From assembly GCA_030704615.1 (NCBI GenBank), contig CM060733.1, forward strand, positions 6,820,001 through 6,884,000: a stretch of 64,000 bases of DNA, written 5' to 3'. This document shows positions 62,911 through 64,000 of the stretch, one piece after another. The position numbers and the translations under genes are program-made. The stretch comes from Takakia lepidozioides. Taxonomy: Eukaryota; Plantae; Bryophyta. The notes beneath the pieces are model-generated. The model ran no database searches. It was not told the DNA's origin and was given only the letters and a program-made list of their open reading frames with translations. How positions within the stretch are numbered: position 1 is the stretch's first letter; the number at the start of each line of letters is the position of its first letter.

Positions 62911-64000
62911 ATGAAATGTACAAGTCAGATCCTCTTGCGGCGTTTTTCCGCTGCAGTGGAGGTTCCGGTGATCATGATTTTAGAGACGGGTCAAAAAGTG
63001 TTTCTTACTCTTCCCGGGTCCTCATCTCCAGTAGCCACTGGGGACTGCCTTAATGTCTCCGGGGTTGGGACTTGTCATGGACAACAATTATCTTCCTCAA
63101 CCATTTCAGTGGTTCTCATCTCTTGTGATGAAGCACAATCATTATGTCCTCTTCCTTATGGACATATGGATGCTGACACCTTGCAGGAGGCCATTGGGAC
63201 CCCGGTGATGTGGAATGTTGGCGAAGTTCTTGCGGAGAATAACGAGTATCAAGGAGGGCCTGACATGAATCCTGATTTTATGCCGGAGACAAGAGATACT
63301 GCCGAGAATTCTGATGACGACGAGGATGAATCAAAACACAGACCATCGAAGAGTTCCGGGAATCCGAGCGGAGGACTCGAAAGAAACAACTGGAGAAACT
63401 TGCAGTGCGTACTGTTGGGTGATGATGGGGGTGCACTATTCGAGGGGAGGATTCAAGCCTGCATTCCGGACGAGGTGATCCTCAATGACAAACTGGGAGA
63501 GGACAATGTTGGAGTTCTTGTCACCAGAATACTTTCTGGAGGTTCTGGATCTTTGATGTCTCTTGTAAAATGGCCTTCAACAAAAACACGACTTTTGGAA
63601 AGTGGGAAACTACTCTCAAATGATCTGGAGAATTTTATTAGATCCTCTGACAGTATCTTGTACGAAGATCACGAGGCAGGTGTGAAGAAAGCGGCGTATC
63701 GGCATTTTACGAGAAAGAAGAGGGATCGAGATTTGGAACACTAAAAAAAAAGAATGAAGAATCTTACTCTGGAGGAAGTCCGGTCCGTGAGCAGCAAACC
63801 TTGCTGCAGACTTCACTGCTGTCAATATTTCGATTGGCGAAAAACCTTGGCTATCCGTACTTCTTTATGGGGATCCACTTTCAATGAGAGGAGATAACAC
63901 GGATTGAATGTTTCGAAACGACCTCTCGCAGGGCATACGTTACGATTGAGGGTGTGGATGTATGTGAGACTGCTTGGTGGACAATTCATGGAATTGGCAG
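62911..64000 (+). pseudogene. DNA-transposon protein; 277-aa ORF then a disrupted Cys-rich continuation, possibly the N-terminus of a Sola-like transposase
   Basis: ORF 62911-63744, then KPCCRLHCCQYFDW..R...W and VTIEGVDVCETAWWTIHGIG; runs off the window; superfamily tentative. Confidence 0.5.

Overview
Eukaryotic, transposon-dominated window. A non-seed land plant, probably a moss, is inferred from the plant-type tRNA-Asn, RPL8 and receptor-kinase remnants and the repeat style; the host is not proven. The main feature is a ~9.8 kb Ty3/Gypsy-type retroelement (52730-62507, 4-bp TSD CACG). Its polyprotein order is gag - protease - DNMT3-like cytosine-5 DNA methyltransferase - RT - RNase H - integrase - PHD finger. 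Its two ends are not direct repeats, and its 5' end carries a covarying, pseudoknot-capable RNA structure. A second, rearranged copy of the family lies at ~38618/42219-46414. The only intact-looking host genes are two spliced paralogues (10653-11911 and 16254-17495, minus strand) encoding small secreted Pro/His-rich peptide precursors, with a pseudogenised third copy between them; the ORF track does not recover them as genes. The rest is satellites (GGGTTACA-type at 1-2150; a 120-bp array at 47153-48925), hAT and PIF MITEs (one nested), tRNA-derived SINEs, a piggyBac-like TTAA element containing a Harbinger remnant and a probable solo LTR, a mutated tRNA-Asn, and pseudogene fragments. All calls were made by eye; no database searches were run.
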